Source: an uncultured Gemmatimonadales bacterium (GTDB lineage: Bacteria > Gemmatimonadota > Gemmatimonadetes > Gemmatimonadales > Gemmatimonadaceae). Taken from it: DNA of 64,000 nt. Positions within the stretch are counted from its first letter, which is position 1. Every line of letters begins with the position of its first letter. The position numbers and the translations under genes are program-made. Of this stretch, positions 63,627 through 64,000 are shown one piece after another. The notes beneath the pieces are model-generated. The model made no database searches. It was not told the DNA's origin and was given only the letters and a program-made list of their open reading frames with translations. Location of the stretch: the NCBI GenBank assembly GCA_963793305.1, contig CAWBZV010000002.1:352001-416000 (forward strand), written 5' to 3'.

Positions 63627-64000
63627 TTGACCGTCGCCGGTCTCTTTCTCGCGTTGGCGGTTGGTCTGTCTCTCGGTCTTCTCGGCGGCGGCGGCTCGGT
63701 CCTGACGGTTCCGATCTTCAAGTACGTGCTGGGGTTCGACGCGAAGCAAGCCATCGCGATGAGCCTCGTCGTCGTCGGCGCATTGAGTCTCATCGGCGCG
63801 GTCCGCCACTGGAGGGCGGGCCGCGTCGATGTGCGTGTCGCCGCGATTATGGGCGGGATTGCGATCCCGGCGTCCTACGCGGCCGCTCGCCTCGCCGCCT
63901 ACATCTCCGGCGCCCTCCAACTCTCGATGTTCGCGGTCGTCGTCTGCGTTGCCGCGATCTCGATGCTCCGCCCGCGAAACGATGATGATGAGACCGCGGC
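63627..64000 (+). CDS. TauE/SafE sulfite exporter family protein (runs off window; absent from ORF track)
   Basis: TTG directly after upstream stop; GLSLGLLGGGGSVLTVP..AIAMSL. Confidence 0.85.
   Translation, partial: MTVAGLFLALAVGLSLGLLGGGGSVLTVPIFKYVLGFDAKQAIAMSLVVVGALSLIGAVRHWRAGRVDVRVAAIMGGIAIPASYAAARLAAYISGALQLSMFAVVVCVAAISMLRPRNDDDETA

Overview
High-GC, gene-dense bacterial chromosomal window. Gene content and order are most consistent with a Gemmatimonadota-like organism (inference). It opens with the 3' end of an RHS polymorphic toxin (HExxH tip) and two exported candidate immunity genes. Next come sulfocyanin, pckA and a TolC/MFP/CusA-CzcA efflux operon led by a CxxC+RAPP (DUF2946-like) leader ORF. 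A long minus-strand run follows: chbG-like, lepA, GT9, ROK, PfkB, HATPase + STAS-wHTH pair, a degenerate transsulfuration enzyme, ftsEX-envC and a Zn ribbon. Then DUF58/BatA, mfd, two PPIases, pdxA, M28 peptidase, HlyC/CorC, CDF, pilT and typA. A two-component system shares a 21-bp upstream motif with an adjacent sulfur-relay operon (rhodaneses, split YeeE/YedE, Moco-sulfurase-type desulfurase). The end holds an HpnR homolog lacking its CxxxCxxC motif, lactate permease, MCP, msrA, FHA-PrsW, a mycobacterial Sdh1-like succinate dehydrogenase, an LRR protein, a Tat-exported DsrE-like protein and TauE. Nine genes carry a single +1 base, most likely sequencing errors. No rRNA, tRNA, CRISPR array or transposase was recognised. 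All family calls come from motif recognition by eye, not database searches.
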